The notes under the pieces: model-generated
The model's input: only the letters and a program-made list of their open reading frames with translations
What the model was told of the DNA's origin: nothing
Database searches by the model: none
DNA from: Octopus bimaculoides
Lineage: Eukaryota
DNA: 64,000 nucleotides
Assembly: GCF_001194135.2 (NCBI RefSeq)
Contig: NC_069010.1
Coordinates: 8,304,190-8,368,189, forward strand
Direction: 5' to 3'
Shown here: in pieces, positions 1 to 14,441 of the stretch
How the letters are laid out: each line of letters starts with the position of its first letter
How positions within the stretch are numbered: position 1 is the stretch's first letter
Position numbers and translations under genes: made by a program

Positions 1-1297
1 TCCCATAAACACAAGGTTTCGTATTCGACTCCCATTTCTTTTCTATTAATTTTTATACGCTGAACGAGTGTATATATATATATATATATATATATGGCAA
101 AATTATGTATGGGGCCCAAACATGTCTGAAATTGTCACCAAGTCTGCTAAATGTCAAGCAATTCCACCCCTGCACTGCATTACCAATTTTAGTTAATGGA
201 GAAATCTGGGGCATCAACTCAAAACCTACTGGCAACAGAGTCAGGAAGAAGTGGAATTTAAACTGTAGTTTGTCTCACTACGTCTGGTGTCACAACTAAT
301 TAAGACAAGGTGCTTAGTTTTGTTTGTGGCATTTCAATAATAATAATAATAATCCTTTCTACTAAAGGCACAAGGCCTGAAATTTTGGGTGGGAGGGGAC
401 TAGTTGATTACATCAACCGCGAAAGGATGATAAGCAAAGTTTACCTCAGTGGAATTTGAGCCCTATAAAGGGTCACGGCAATTCCTTTCCTTTCTGACTA
501 AAACATTAAAAAGAAAATCCAAAAATGGTATTTCAGGCAGCGACCAGTACACATAAGACAGTAGATGTGGTTTAAGGGTTATATGGCTGCTATTTCTAAC
601 CAGCTTGTCCAACCATGTCAGTTCAGGTGAAGGTATTCTTACAGTCAACACCAGTTTTCTTGAATGCTTCTTAGTGTAACCCTGGGTGAACGGGCATTCA
701 TATTGATCTAAGGTCAATCCCATGCATGTAATTTTAACAGATGTCCATGACAACAACACAATGTCCATTAGTCATGTAATTTATTGTGATTCACTTCCCA
801 AAATGGTTGTGGTGTGTCGTAGATAATAAATTAATTTCTTAACCCTGTTTTATACTAACCTGCTTTAGACTGCCACTAGTTTTGTGATACAAACTTTTTT
901 TGAAGTGATTCAAATAAAAGCCTATTTATTTTTCCAAGCATCAGCTTAATAACAACACAGTTAATGTTTTAAATTCTTGGTTATTTTCAAAATTAATTGA
1001 AACAAAGCTAATGATATATCCACTGACATCTTAATCATATGATTAAGCTTATAAATCTTTGTCCCGTTTGTCTTAACCATGTAGCAATTAAACCAGCTTT
1101 ATTCAGCCAAAATATTGTATTCGTTTGATGTTCAAACTGGCCAAATCTGGTCTCTCACACTTCCCCTACAATGTCATACTAAAACTAAACCGTCACATCA
1201 TCAAAATCTCAGCGCTAAAAGATGATGCAGGATGGACTCAAAACAATGTGAAGAAACAAGCATTACATTTGACGAGCAATTTGAAAGCTAAAGGGAT

Positions 1298-1468
1298 AAA
1301 CCTTTTTGATATCAACCCATTTGAGACCACCTCTCCTGGTTCTGGGACACAGATTTCCTTAATAAAATAATTTATTAAGCTGGTGTGTGGGACATGAAAT
1401 TAACATGAAATATTAATTGAAGGATTTTTGATCACCATAAGTCCCGGGTTTGGATCAAAAAGATTAAT
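1298..1468. mobile_element. Second TTAA-type MITE family
   Basis: Imperfect TIRs aacctttttgatatcaaccc ... gggtttggatcaaaaagattaa; related ends at 840 and 27227. Confidence 0.5.
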
Positions 1469-3169
1469 CTATGTTCCAAACACTCTTATTTTACTAAATC
1501 CATTATAAACATTAACTGAAAGAACAACGGCATAATACAACAGAAATACAGTAATAAAAGGGTTAAATTAACTAATAACCGTTTTATAGCTAAATGTTGC
1601 TTTCTGTTTTTTTTTTTGTTTGTTTTTTTTTTCCTTTTGGATTCATGCCAATATGACTACTGATGCTACACATGTTGATATTAGAGTTACACAAAGATGA
1701 AGCAAAATGGACACCTAGGTGAAGGTAGAGAATGTTGAATGTGTTGTAAACAGGAAGTTACTTCGTTAACTGATACAATCTAATGACAACAAGAGCACTC
1801 AGAGAGCACAAACCTCTGCCATGGCAACACCAACGTCCTCTCCTCTCAACGATTAGCCGGAGATGATGTTTAAAATGAGAATATCTGAAATAAACTTGAC
1901 TGCTCTCACAAACAAGAACACTAAAAATGAACCTGACTGCCCTCAAAAATTAAGTTTAAAAAAAAAAAAACAGGAAAAATAATCCAGAATCCCTGTCTGG
2001 TACCGGATCGATCCCTAAATCTAATCCGTTTGTGCCAATCGCGAGGCCAAACATCCCCGAAAGTTTTATCTCAATCCATCCAGCGGTTCTTAAAATATCT
2101 TGTCCACGGACAAACAAACAAATGTAACTGAAAACAATACAGTAGAAATTGATAGAATCCCCCCTAATTCCGTCATCATATACTCCCAATTAATAGTTCC
2201 ATAATAGTAATTAATTATAAAATAATATATTACATTACCTACCATTAATTACAATATTCATTTTCATATCAATACATAATTACATTGAAAGTAATTGGCT
2301 GCCAATTAATCAGTTATTTGTCGATAAAGCATCACTGATTAATCGTTAATCAGCCATTTTGCTTATCAGTACTGCATCCTTAGAGTCATTAAACGAGATC
2401 TTTTAGCGACCAGCAACACTGATGTTTCTCACACTTGTTAAACCCGACCCAGTTCCCCTGCCCACACCATACATCCCACCCTCATGTCTTCAAGTCTCTT
2501 TTTGTTTTTGAAAAACGCAGTTTCCTCTTTGTTTACATCACATATTTTGCATTCCTCTTTGATCAGAATACAGTGTGTGTGTGTGTATTTGTGCATTTCT
2601 TATGTGAATTTGTGTGCTTTTAGATATTTGCATATGTTTGTGTGTGTACATGTTTATGCACATTTATATGAGTATATTTTATCTGCATCTCTTTTCTCTC
2701 CCTCTGTGTGTATGTTTATATATGTATGTATATATATATATATAGAGAGAGAGAGAGCCAAGCGTATTTAGGCTGAACAACAACTGTGAGTAGGAAACCG
2801 GATTGTTTCTAATCAGTAGGTAGCTGTGAGCTAATAAACCTTGTTGTTTATACAGTGGCCTTCCTTCCTTCCTTAATATATATTTAATCTCCCCGTGTAG
2901 TATTATTATTATTATTATTATTAATAGTCGTTGTTGTTGTTGTTTTTAATGAGCAACAGATTGGCATAAACAGTAGTGTCAGAGAAAACTTGCCTTGTAG
3001 CATTTAATTCTGAATCTTAAAACCCCACCGCCACCATCGTAATCATTGTCATCACATCTTATTCCATGCTGGCATGGGTGGGACGAGGTTTACTGAGGAA
3101 GCATTCTGCAGTCAGATAGCCTTCCTGTCAGTAACTCTTGTTTTTCAAATAAGGGGATTTGTTAGGGTT

Positions 3170-3790
3170 TTCAAACCACAGGAGAATTGTTTGTAGGAGA
3201 AGTGAAGTGTTTACTGGGCTTGAATCGGTGTAAAAACATTGAATGGTTATGGGGGTCAATCTGAATGAAATAGTAATCGAAGGGGTTCATAGATAAAAAA
3301 AATTTTTTAATGTTTGAGAACCCCTGGGTTAAATGGTGGAAAGAGGCAGGAATTTGATGATGTGATTGGAATGAAGTGTAGCTAGTGAGGAAGGTGATTG
3401 GTATGAGCTCATTAGGGAGAAAGATAGTTGCTGCAAGGGATGGCATAAATATGAAGGGTTATTTTTCATAGGAGTGACTTTCTTGCTGTGAGATATGGCA
3501 TGAGGCACAAGGGAGCGAGATAGTTGATGTAGGGGACAGCATACTTTGAGGTTGATTGGGGAGAGGTAGTTGGCATAAGAGGCAGCATAAGGTATGAGGG
3601 GCAAGATGTGAAACTGCAGTATGGGTTTTTTCTCTTTTTTTGGAGGGGTCAGGAGCAATGTGGTGGTATGAGTTTTGGTGATAGGGAGGTGGGTGGTATG
3701 AAGGGTAGCATATCGTATAATCTTTTTAGGGAGAGAGATAGTTTCTGTGAGACATGGTCAGTGGAAAACCTGGCAGTGTAGTTTATATTA
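3170..3790 (-). mobile_element. Possible old LINE RT remnant
   Basis: Purine-skewed non-repetitive stretch with broken overlapping - strand ORFs (IPYAASYANYLSP..) loosely like RT C-termini; clade not assignable. Confidence 0.3.
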
Positions 3791-4002
3791 ACCATTTACT
3801 TCCAGCTTTGGCAATCTGATAACCACTCTGTTCACACTTTATTATGAAAACAAATGATTAATTCACAGCATCCATGTTTATAATTTGTTTTTAAAAATAT
3901 CCTCCATTCTTGCCCTTGTGGCAAAAATATTGTTTTTGTTATTTAGTTGTGATTGTGTGTGTATTATATTCTATTTTCTGTTTTTTTTTTTCTTCTTCAC
4001 AG

Positions 4003-4050
4003 ATGGAGGGGATCTCCACAAAATGATTCATGGGGTTTGCCCCCTCCAAG
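4003..4050 (+). CDS. ATXN2: Ataxin-2 exon, N-terminal region (WRGSPQNDSWGLPPPR)
   Basis: ttcttcttcacag acceptor and AAG|gtattt donor; phase 2-2, open, joins the next exon in frame. Confidence 0.7.
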
Positions 4051-5259
4051 GTATTTATCCAAAACATTTAATTTTCTATCTACTCTTGTGTGCATCTCTT
4101 GAGAATCTTTCCAGTTAATCTCTGTTCTTGCATGTGGCCATCCACTACAATGGTATTTGCTATAGTATGTGTGTGTGTTAGTTTCTCTTGCTTGATGCGA
4201 TTCCTATGCTGTAGCTGACAGTAGAGCTTGGTACAGTCTTCTGACTCACCAGCTCCTGTCAAACTGTCCAACCCATGCCAGCATGGAAAAGCAGGCCTTA
4301 AATGATATGTGTGTGTGTGTAGTTTTTTGTTTTAAGCTATGCTTAATGAGTATTTATAACGCATTTCTGTGTTTAGTATTCATTACATTGAGAGTGTGTG
4401 TGTGTATGTATGAGTGTGTATGAGTATGTACAAATGTGTGTACAAATGTGTGTATGTATGAGTATGTACAAATGTGTGTGTATGAGTATGTACAAGTGTG
4501 TGTGTATGGGTGTATGTACAAGTGTGTATGGGTGTATGTACAAATGTGTGTATGTATGAGTATGTACAAGTGTGTGTGTGTGTACAAATTGTGTGCATGT
4601 ACAAATGTGTGAGTGCATGTGCAAATGTGTGTGTGTGTGTATGCATATATACACACATGCACGCACGCACCCTAGTAAACATCATGGTTAGCTGTTGCTT
4701 CTATGTTCACATAAAAGACCCGATTCCTTTGTCTGCTATACACGTATGCAGATGTGCAGTGCACAGTGGTTTTCCATTTGAAACTGTTCACAGCACAGAA
4801 GAAACTCTATATTGTGGACCGTTACACCAGATGTTATATAAATACAAAAATAAAATGGTTTGTTTACTGAATGCCTATTACTAATGTTTAATAAGATTAA
4901 TTAGCCAGAACTTGTCTTTGACAAGGTGCAGGGTTTTCCCTTGTTTTATTTATTGAATTTCTAACGATCTATAATTGTTTTGTTCGATATTTATGTCAAC
5001 ACTGTGATTAGTTAAATATTTTCAATCTCCAGACGTGATGGGGGGGGGGGGTATTTGGAGGTGTGTTCACCATACCTGGCTAGATTCGCATCAGAGACCT
5101 TTGTTTCTCACCTAATTCTGAATAATAGTGTCCTTATCTATTAATAGCAGCTCCCTCCTACCCTTATATTACTGTTTTTTTGCCGTCCTCTATTTTTAAC
5201 CCTTTTCATACCATGTTTCTGTTTGAATAAACTGCCTTTCTTTCAATTTATTATATTCA

Positions 5260-5304
<45 letters not shown>

Positions 5305-5514
5305 GGCAGTGAGCTGGCAGAATCATTAGCATACTGGCGAAACGCTTAGCGGTATTTCACCTATTGCTACGTTCTGAGTTCAAATTCCGCTGAAGTCAAC
5401 TCTGCCTTTTATCCTTTTGGGCGTCGATAAATTAAGTACCAGTGAAACACTGGGGGTCAATGTAATCAACTAGTCCCCTCCCCCAAAATTTCGGGCCTTG
5501 TTCCTTTAGAAAAG

Positions 5515-5556
<42 letters not shown>

Positions 5557-7046
5557 GCAGTAGCAAGCTGGCAGAATTGTTAGTTATACTAGGCAAAATG
5601 CTTAGCAGAATTTTATATCTTTACATTCTGAGTTCAAATTTCACTGGGGTTGACTTTGCCTTTCATCTTTTCAGGGGTCAATATATTAAGTATCAGTGAA
5701 ACGCTGGGAGTCGATGTAATCAACTCCTCCCCAAATTACTGTCCTTGTGGAAAACTTTGAAACCATTATTATTATTACTAAGGCGGTGAGGTGGCTGAAT
5801 CATTAGTTTGCCAGGCAAAGTGCGGTTGCTAGTCATGGCACTTCTTCATTTTCTGTTTTGTCAAAGAGACAAATCCGTGTGTGTATACACAAACACACAC
5901 ATTTACATGCTGTAGGCTTCAATGCAGTTTCTGTCTACCAATTCCACTCAGAAGATGGTGTGTTGTAGCCAATTCAGAGAGAGACAACAAGCTTCACTAC
6001 ATGACCGGTGCTTTATTTTGTTGACCTTGGCAGGTTTTGAACTCAGAACACAATTTAGCCAAATTACTTTTTTAATCAAAACACTAATTAGATGTAACTA
6101 TAGTAAATAAAAATAAAAAAAAACTTATTTGATGCATGGTGTAGATGTTAAATAGTCACATGTTTTTGGGTGGCTGTTGTTTTTTTAATTATGAAAAGAT
6201 AGATTGTTTATTAAATGTCTAAAAATATCTTGAGTTGAATTTGTTAATTAGATTACAACCATTTTGGCTAATTAAACTCCCACCATCTGTAGGAGTGAAA
6301 CCATTGAATCCATCAAAACATTTAGATGTAGATATGTTATATTATAATCAGTTATCTGACTCCAGGAAGGCATTTGAGCTATATTTGTTGAGGTTTAGGT
6401 CAGACCTGGTACTCAGTAGCCTCATCACACACACACATACACACGACTGTGTGGTTTACAAGTTCACTTCTCACCTACATGGTTTCAGTCCTACTGCACG
6501 GCACCTTGAGAAAGTACTTTCTACCATAGCACCGGGCCAACCAAAGCCTTGTGAGTGGATTTGGTAGGCTATAATTAATCAAAAGCACCCACTACACTCT
6601 CTGAGTGGTTGGCGTTAGGAAGGGCATCCAGCTGTAGAAACTCTGCCAGATCAGATTGGAGCCTGGTGTAGCCATCCGGTTTCACCAGTCCTCAGTCAAA
6701 TCGCAACCCATACTAGCATAGAAAGCGGACGTTAAACGATTGTGCCGGTGGCACGTGTAAAGACATCCGAGCGAGATCGTTGCCAGTGCCACTGGACTGG
6801 CTCTTGTGCGGGTGGCGCATAAAATACACCATTTTGAGTGTGGCCGTTGCCAGTACTGCCTGACTGGCCTCCGTGCGGGTGACACGTAAAAGCACCCACT
6901 ACACTCTCTGAGTGGTTGGCGTTAGGAAGGGCACCCAGCTGTAGAGACTCTGCCAGATCAGATTGGAGCCTGGTGCAGCCATCTGGTTTCACCAGTCCTC
7001 AGTCAAATCGTCCAACCCATGCTAGCATGGAAAGAAGACGTTAAAC

Positions 7047-7081
<35 letters not shown>

Positions 7082-10000
7082 GAGGTACTAATATTTTTTG
7101 TATTTGGTTTAAGAACCTGAGACTAGTTCCAATGTCAAGGGCTAAATCATCTGGTGAAGGGACCATCCCCTGCAGCCAGGTCAAGTGGAGACCTACCTAT
7201 GTACCACCGACATAGATATGTTGGCTGAGGCTTTGGCCTGGTGGAAATAGATCATTGACAGCTGAATGGAACATTGTTAGTGTCTTGAGTGGTGTTTGCA
7301 TTGAGGTGACCTTTTGACATTTGACAACACCCTTGACAAACTGAGATATGTTCCAGGAATGTCATAGTCTTTTCTCACTGGCTATGTATAAACTATAGGT
7401 GTTTATATAGCACTTTATATAGTCTTGGGCCAATTAAAAAAGCCTTGTGAGTTCACTTGATAGGAAACTGAAAGAAGTGTGTGTGTGTGTGTTTGGCTGT
7501 GTCCTTCTCTTTAAACCTTAAAGTTGCAAGTGGTGGTCATTTCGTGTCCACAAATTTTCTAATGGCTTTGCACCTTCATATGCCCCTAAAATAAGGCATC
7601 CCTTATTTGAAAAGTGGGTAAGGCTTTGCTACCAGATATTCAACTCTGTGTGTGTGTGTGTCGAAGTTGATTAAAAATCACAATCAGTTTTAGTTTACAG
7701 AACTGGATAGTGAGTTAGGAGTAATTAAAATTTGTTTACATTTTATTGGCTGAGTTTAATTGCATATAAACAGGTCTGTGTTAGTATATTCACACACATG
7801 CACTCTCACACTCATACACACACACACACTCTCATACACACTCAATCTCTCTCATACACACACACTCTCTCTCTCTCACATACACACACTCATATGCACA
7901 GCCCTATAATTAATTACTACATCATCTATTTACTTGCCAAATATGTTCCTCAACAACTCCAATGCCAATGTCAGTCACAATTATTTACCATTCACAACAG
8001 TTGTATCTTTGTTAGCAACTCTTGTAGCCAATATCACCACTCAACCCTAGCAACAACAACAACACGAACCAAGCCAGCCAGAAGGCCTCTGTCTTTCTAT
8101 GATACTGTTTAACTTGTTAGAAATAGCAGCCAATACCCCTTTCATTTCATGCTCTACCTACCTATATATATATNNNNNNNNNNNNNNNNNNNNNNNNNNN
8201 NNNNNNNNNNNNNNNNNNNNNNNNNNATAATTAATAATTTTTACCAAGCCCTTCGGTATGTGGTGAAGCAACCTGTTGCTGAACCCTTAATTTTGTTTAT
8301 AAATATATATATATATCCATATCCATATCCACTGGCAGTGTCCCAGCATGGCCACAGCCTTTGGGCTGAGACATAACTTTGTAGTCTAAGTTACACCAAG
8401 GTCGACTTTGCCTTTCATCCTTTCAGGGTCAATTAAATAAGTACCAGTTACGCACTGGAGGTCGATGTGATCGACTTAATCCCTTTCTCTGTCCATGTTT
8501 GTCCCCTCTATGTTTAGCCCCGTGTGGGCAATAAAGAATTAAATATCTCTAGACAAAAAGAAGGGCGGCGGTTGTCAGTGTCGGAAACTGACGATTATAG
8601 ATCAACCTGGTCAGAACTGTCCTGGGGTTAAACAACAATGGCGTGACAAACCAATAAATGGTGGCGTTGAACATGGTGGTTCAACTTGCTAGAAATAGAA
8701 GTCAAAATCTTTAAATTCTATCCCAACATTCTTAAAACATAGAAGGCAGGAAAGGGGTGGTATTAGATAGAGGTAGACTTAGTTTGTACAATGTCTGCCC
8801 ATTGGTTAGTCGTGGTTGGGGTGTCTTTGATCATGAGTAAACAGCCTATCTACTGGTATTTGACCTAGTTAGGTTTTGGACTTTGATATAATGTAGCCAC
8901 TGGGAGTGGTTAATCTCTCCACCACCCCCTCTCTCTCTCTCTCTCCACCAGCTGTTAATGAATGGTTGAGGTGGCAGTCACCGTTTGCACTCAGTTGAAC
9001 TCACTCGGAAATATCTCCTCTGTGGAGCACGCAGATTAATTTCTTAAAATGAATCGCATTTCTGATGAAATGGCAGTCTTTAAACTCTTTGGCATTCAGA
9101 TTATTCTATCAAAATGTAATGCTTATCTATTCACATTGCTTGGCATTAACTATACATCATCTCACAAACATCAAGGTCTCAGTGGCGTTTTATTTTCATT
9201 GTTTTTTTAGAATGACATTGTAGGGTAGGTGTGAGAGGTTTGGATCTGGTCGGTTTGAACATAAAATAGGCAATATTTGGGCCAGAGATGACCGGATTAA
9301 ATGCTGAAGGGTTAAGTGTCAACATAGCTCTGTAGTTAAGGAACTTGCTTCCCAACCACATGACACCTTGTGAGTGGATTTGGTAGGTGGAAACTGAAAG
9401 AAGCCTGGTATCTATGCAAATGTGTGTGTGTTGTGTTCATCATCATTTAGCGTCTGCTTTCCATGTTGGCATGGGTTCGACAATTTGACTGTAACTGGTA
9501 AGCTGGAGGGCTGCACCAGGTACAAATCTGATTTGGCATGATTTGTTACAGCTGGATGCTCTTCCAAACGCCAGTCACTTTACAATGTGGACTGGATGCC
9601 TTTTACATGGTATAGTTGGATTGGGAAAATCTTTAGTTTTGGTCAGTATCAACATCATCATCCAACCTTTCAGTTGTTACACTGGCCAGATCTGGCCTCT
9701 CAAACATACTCTGCAATGTCATTTAAAAAATAAACAATCACATTATCAAACATGTTGAAGCCATGAGATAATTCCTGACTAATTCAAAACAATGTGAATA
9801 ATAAATAAGCATTCCATTTGACAGTCCACTGTGTGGAGTGGTCGGTGTGAGGAAGGGCCCTGGCCGTAAAACCATGCCAAAACAGACACAAACGTCTGGT
9901 GCAGTCTTCTACCTGGCCAGCTCCTGTCAAACTGTCCAACCCATGCTGGCATGGAAGGTAGACGTTAAGTGATGATGATGGATGCTAAAGGGTTAATGTC

Positions 10001-10526
10001 AGTTTTCTAGGCTGGCATGGGTTGGATGGCTTGATATGAACTGAAAATCTGCAGGGCTACATTCAGCTCCCCCATCATTTCTGCAGCCGGACAATCTTCC
10101 TAACACTAAATAGTTTACAGCTTATACTGGGTGCTGTTGATTTGGTAACACGGGAAGGGCTACTCTGTCATTTGGGTAACATGGACTTACTATCCAGATG
10201 GCTGGTTCGGTTATTGTGATCGGGTTTCCCTTGCCCTGTATTGAAATTATTCTTCAACCTTTGTGTTTTCCAGAGGAAATCCTGCTTCCAACCCGTCAAG
10301 AAATCCTGTCGTAAGTAGTGTCTTCTGTTTTTTCTTTTATTTTCTTTGCAATGTATTGGATTGTTCGAAGATTAAATTTTGGGCTGTTTATCTACCGTAA
10401 TATCCCACTCATTATCACAAGCAGCCCGATCATTAATTTACAATGATTCCAGGCACCAAAGTGTTCTGAAGCTCCAAATATCATGATCATGAGAGAGTTG
10501 CCAAGTGGTGGCAGGACACACACACG

Positions 10527-10560
<34 letters not shown>

Positions 10561-11266
10561 TAATCTGGTCCTCACTGAGGAAATGATGAAGGGCTGGGAG
10601 TTGTGGCGATTTGCTTGTACTTGATAAGACACGTCCGGCTGAGTAAGATCACTGTTTATCCACACGTACAGGAGTGGCCTTTCAGGTGCCAGTGCCACTC
10701 AAAAAGCACCCTGTGCACTCGACCAAACAATGTTGTTGTTAGATTGGCAAAAGAGATCAACGGGACAAGTACCAGCCTTAAACATAAAGTGCTACAGTCA
10801 ATTTCTTTGACTAAATCCTCCAAGCTGGTGACCAAGCATAGCCATTAATCTAATGGCCAAAACTGAAACCGGTCGAAATAAAAGATCAGCTTGTGGGTGT
10901 GTATGTTTATATACACACTTTAACATATGATATATAAATGCATGTCTGCATACATTTGTTTTTACGGATACATTAAGTCTTATCTATGGATGTGTGTATC
11001 GATGTAAGTATTTGCATTTCTGTCGTTGTATATTAATGTGTTTATATATATTAATGTACGTTTGTATGTGTGTATTTTATTTTTATTTCCTCTTTGGTTT
11101 TTAGGATTCATTGAAGTTTGGTAAAATGAGGCTATCTCCTGATGTGAGTATATTTCCCATCAATTCAACTGCGGCTTCTACCTTCCACATCCCATCGTTT
11201 TTCAGTCTATGTAACAATTGGCTTATTTCTTGAGAAGTAGGAAAAGAAAACTTGGAGCAGCTTGTG

Positions 11267-11297
<31 letters not shown>

Positions 11298-14200
11298 ATT
11301 GGTTCCTTGTTATGACATTGCATAATGGCCCAGTGGTTAGGGCAGCGGATTCGCGGTCATAGGATTGCGGTTTCGATTCCCAGACCGGGCGTTGTGAGTG
11401 TTTATTGAGCAAAAAACACCTAAAAGCTCCACGAGGCTCCGGCAGGGGATGGTGGTGGCGAACCCTGCTGTACTCTTCCACCACAATTTTCTCTCACTCT
11501 TTCTTCCTGTTTCTGTTGTGCCTGTAATTCAAAGGGGTCAGCCTTGTCACGCTGAATCTTTCCCCCCGAGAACTACGTTAAGGGTACACGTGTCTGCAGA
11601 GTGCTCAGCCACTTGCACGTTAATTTCACGAGCAGCAGGCTGTTCCGTTGATCGGATCAACTGGAAACCCTCGACGTCGTAAGCGACGGAGTGCCAACAA
11701 CAACAACATGACATTGCATGATAGACGTGAATGAGTGTCACTGCCAGCCAGTGATATCCTTCCTTTTCAGTCTTCCATAAAAAAAACATTGCGTGGTCGT
11801 TGGAAAATGTTACCTTGGTAACGGAAACCGGAGATCTCCAGCCATAGAAAATCTGCCTCGACAAATTCCATTATGCATTTAATGTGGATGAACTATTTCT
11901 TGCTACTCCCAAGTTTTTTCTACTTCCTGCATTTTGCCTATCTCTTCTACTATGGACCATTTTAACATGTAATAAATGTATTCTGTTATCTTTCAGAACG
12001 AAGGCGTGTACAATAACAGCCGGTTTATTTATGTTGGAGTTTGTTTACTAGTAAGTATACCTTTGTTTGCTAAATAGACCTGTCAGCCTGCTAGAAATAG
12101 CAACTAAACTTCTTTCAAATTCCTGTTCTACTTACCCCCTCCTTTTCATATTACCCATGTGCTCCAACCCATCCCAGGCCCCACCCTAAGCACTATGTAT
12201 CACTTGTTCCTTCCTTCTGGAATTCCCTTCCAGTTATGACCATCATGTCTTTTATCCAGACAGCTGGAAATAGCAGCTAACTGTCCCTCAAATCACACCC
12301 TGCCATCTTCAATGTATTGTTTATTTTTTTAGGGTAATCCTGTTAGTATCCAAGTGAAGAATGGAAATGTGTATGAAGGTATTCTACTCACCTTTTCGTA
12401 TAAGGTAAGTTAATTACTGTTGTTGAAATCTGATGGGACAGATTCTGTATATCACTTTTGTTTGCCCAATTTCCTTTCTATACTGTGTATGGAGAGTAGC
12501 AGCTTTCGTACTGTGGCCCATCATATTTCCAAGGTGTATCGCATTTTTCAGAGTAAGTCTGTCACATTTTCACAGGGTCAGATGACGGCCCCTTTTGTAG
12601 GGTAACATGGTGGCTGCATTTCGTTCGGTATGAAGGACAGTGGCATTTCATTATTGTAAGGGTGACACTTAACATCAAGGAGTACCATTTCATTATTGTC
12701 GAGTATCATTTAACACCAGAAAGTAACATATTTCTTTATTATGGAATATTAAGACTGTTGTTATACCTGTGTACATCCACATATATATATATATATATAT
12801 CATCATCATCATCGTTTAACGTCCGCTTTCCATGCTAGCATGGGTTGGACGATTTGACTGAGGACTGGTGAAACCAGATGGCTACACCAGGCTCCAATCT
12901 GATTTGGCAGAGTTTCTACAGCTGGATGCCCTTCCTAACGCCAACCACTCTGAGAGTGTAGCGGATGCTTTTACTTGCCACTCGCACGAAGGCCAGTCAG
13001 GCGGTACTGGCAACGGCCATGCTAAAATGGTGTATTTTATGTGCCACCTGCACAAGAGCCAGTCCAGGGGCACTGGCAACGATCTCGCTCGAAAGTCCAA
13101 TATATATATATATAATCTACTTTTGTTTCTCTCTCCCTCTCTCCATAGACACTATAGCATTGATATCACTTGTATACATATATCTATATAAGCTTACGTG
13201 ATATACTACACACTCATGTATTTAATTTCTCTCTCTCTCTCTCTCTCCAGATGGACATTGTGTTGTCAATGGCACATAAAGTTGATGATCGGGTGGCTCC
13301 TAACTGTAATTCCGTTATTCCAAATAAGGAAAACATCATCGATAATCTTATAATAAAGTCTTCAGAAATTGTCAAATTAGAAGCCAAAAATGTAGATTTG
13401 GAGTATGCAGTAAAAGGTAAGGCAGTTTATCATTCTCTTTTACCTCCTTCTCCTCGGCCTCTCTCGTTAGCCTGATTGTTCATTTAGGCATTTCTTTATT
13501 TTCTTTTGCCTAAAACCAGGAATTTTTCAGCACCACCACCCCTCTCGTATATATATATGCTTGCCTTGCTCCTTCCCTGTTACTCTCAACCACATTTATT
13601 TTCATGTGAGTAGCCATGAAGTTCCTCTATAGCAAAACAAAAAAAACCTCCTCTGTTCCGGATTCTTCTTTTATACTTTTTTTATCACCTAACATAAAGT
13701 CACTTCCCATTTGCACAAGGGCCCACACTCACTCGAAAGGGATTGTAGCCTTCTGAGCTGCACAGCAAGCTCCCTGCTGTTAATACCATGTAATAAATTT
13801 TACAAAGAACGCTGTAAAGTAGTTGGCATCAGGAAAAGTGCCCAACCATAGAAACTATTGGGTCATCCCATAAATAATGCGGCTTTTTTTCAACTAAAGG
13901 GCTGAACCTTCTGATCCGTTCTTGGATTAAAAGCTGATGACATGTGTGTGGATATTTTTCTTTGGTTGTTTTATATATATATATTTTTTTTTTTTTCTGT
14001 CTCTTTCCAGATAATTATTCTGAATCTTCTTCCCGATTTAATGGCCAGTTAGGTGATAAAGACTTGACCCCATGGGAAGGGGACTTAGAAGACGGAAAAA
14101 TGACCAGTCTCGATAGTGATGCATCTGTAAGTATTTTTCATGGTTTAAACAATCTGTCTCTGCCTTTGGTGTTCAGAAGTAGTGTATCTAGGACTACACT

Positions 14201-14410
14201 ATCTGTGTTGTTCTCTTCTTTGGTTGGCCTTAGGTCAGATCCTGATCCAGCAGACCCATACTCATAATCAAAGGTGGTCCAGCTGTGACCATCCTGTCTT
14301 TAGACATCGTATATCATGGACAATAGTATCTAATGTGCCCGTACTTGTTGCAATTGCTGTCGAAGAAGCCAGCCTTTGATCAAAACTATTCCAACCATGA
14401 CCCTCCCATT

Positions 14411-14441
<31 letters not shown>

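Noticed and set aside
2772-2785. 14-nt upstream ataxin-2 micro-exon (AEQQL)
   Set aside because: Phase fits and the donor is GTGAGT, but the acceptor lacks a pyrimidine tract and no ATG exon links to it.
4354-4884. His/Thr/Tyr- and Val/Cys-rich ORFs (also 25266-25600, 43364-44317, 57089-57511, 60703-60975)
   Set aside because: Translations of (CA)n/(TA)n microsatellites.
6581-7080. CRISPR-like or novel direct-repeat array
   Set aside because: Eukaryotic context; tandem copies of a dispersed retroposon tail with no repeat-spacer pattern.
11325-11395. tRNA gene (A and B boxes)
   Set aside because: Head of a TSD-flanked SINE repeated four times; the same applies to family C and D heads.
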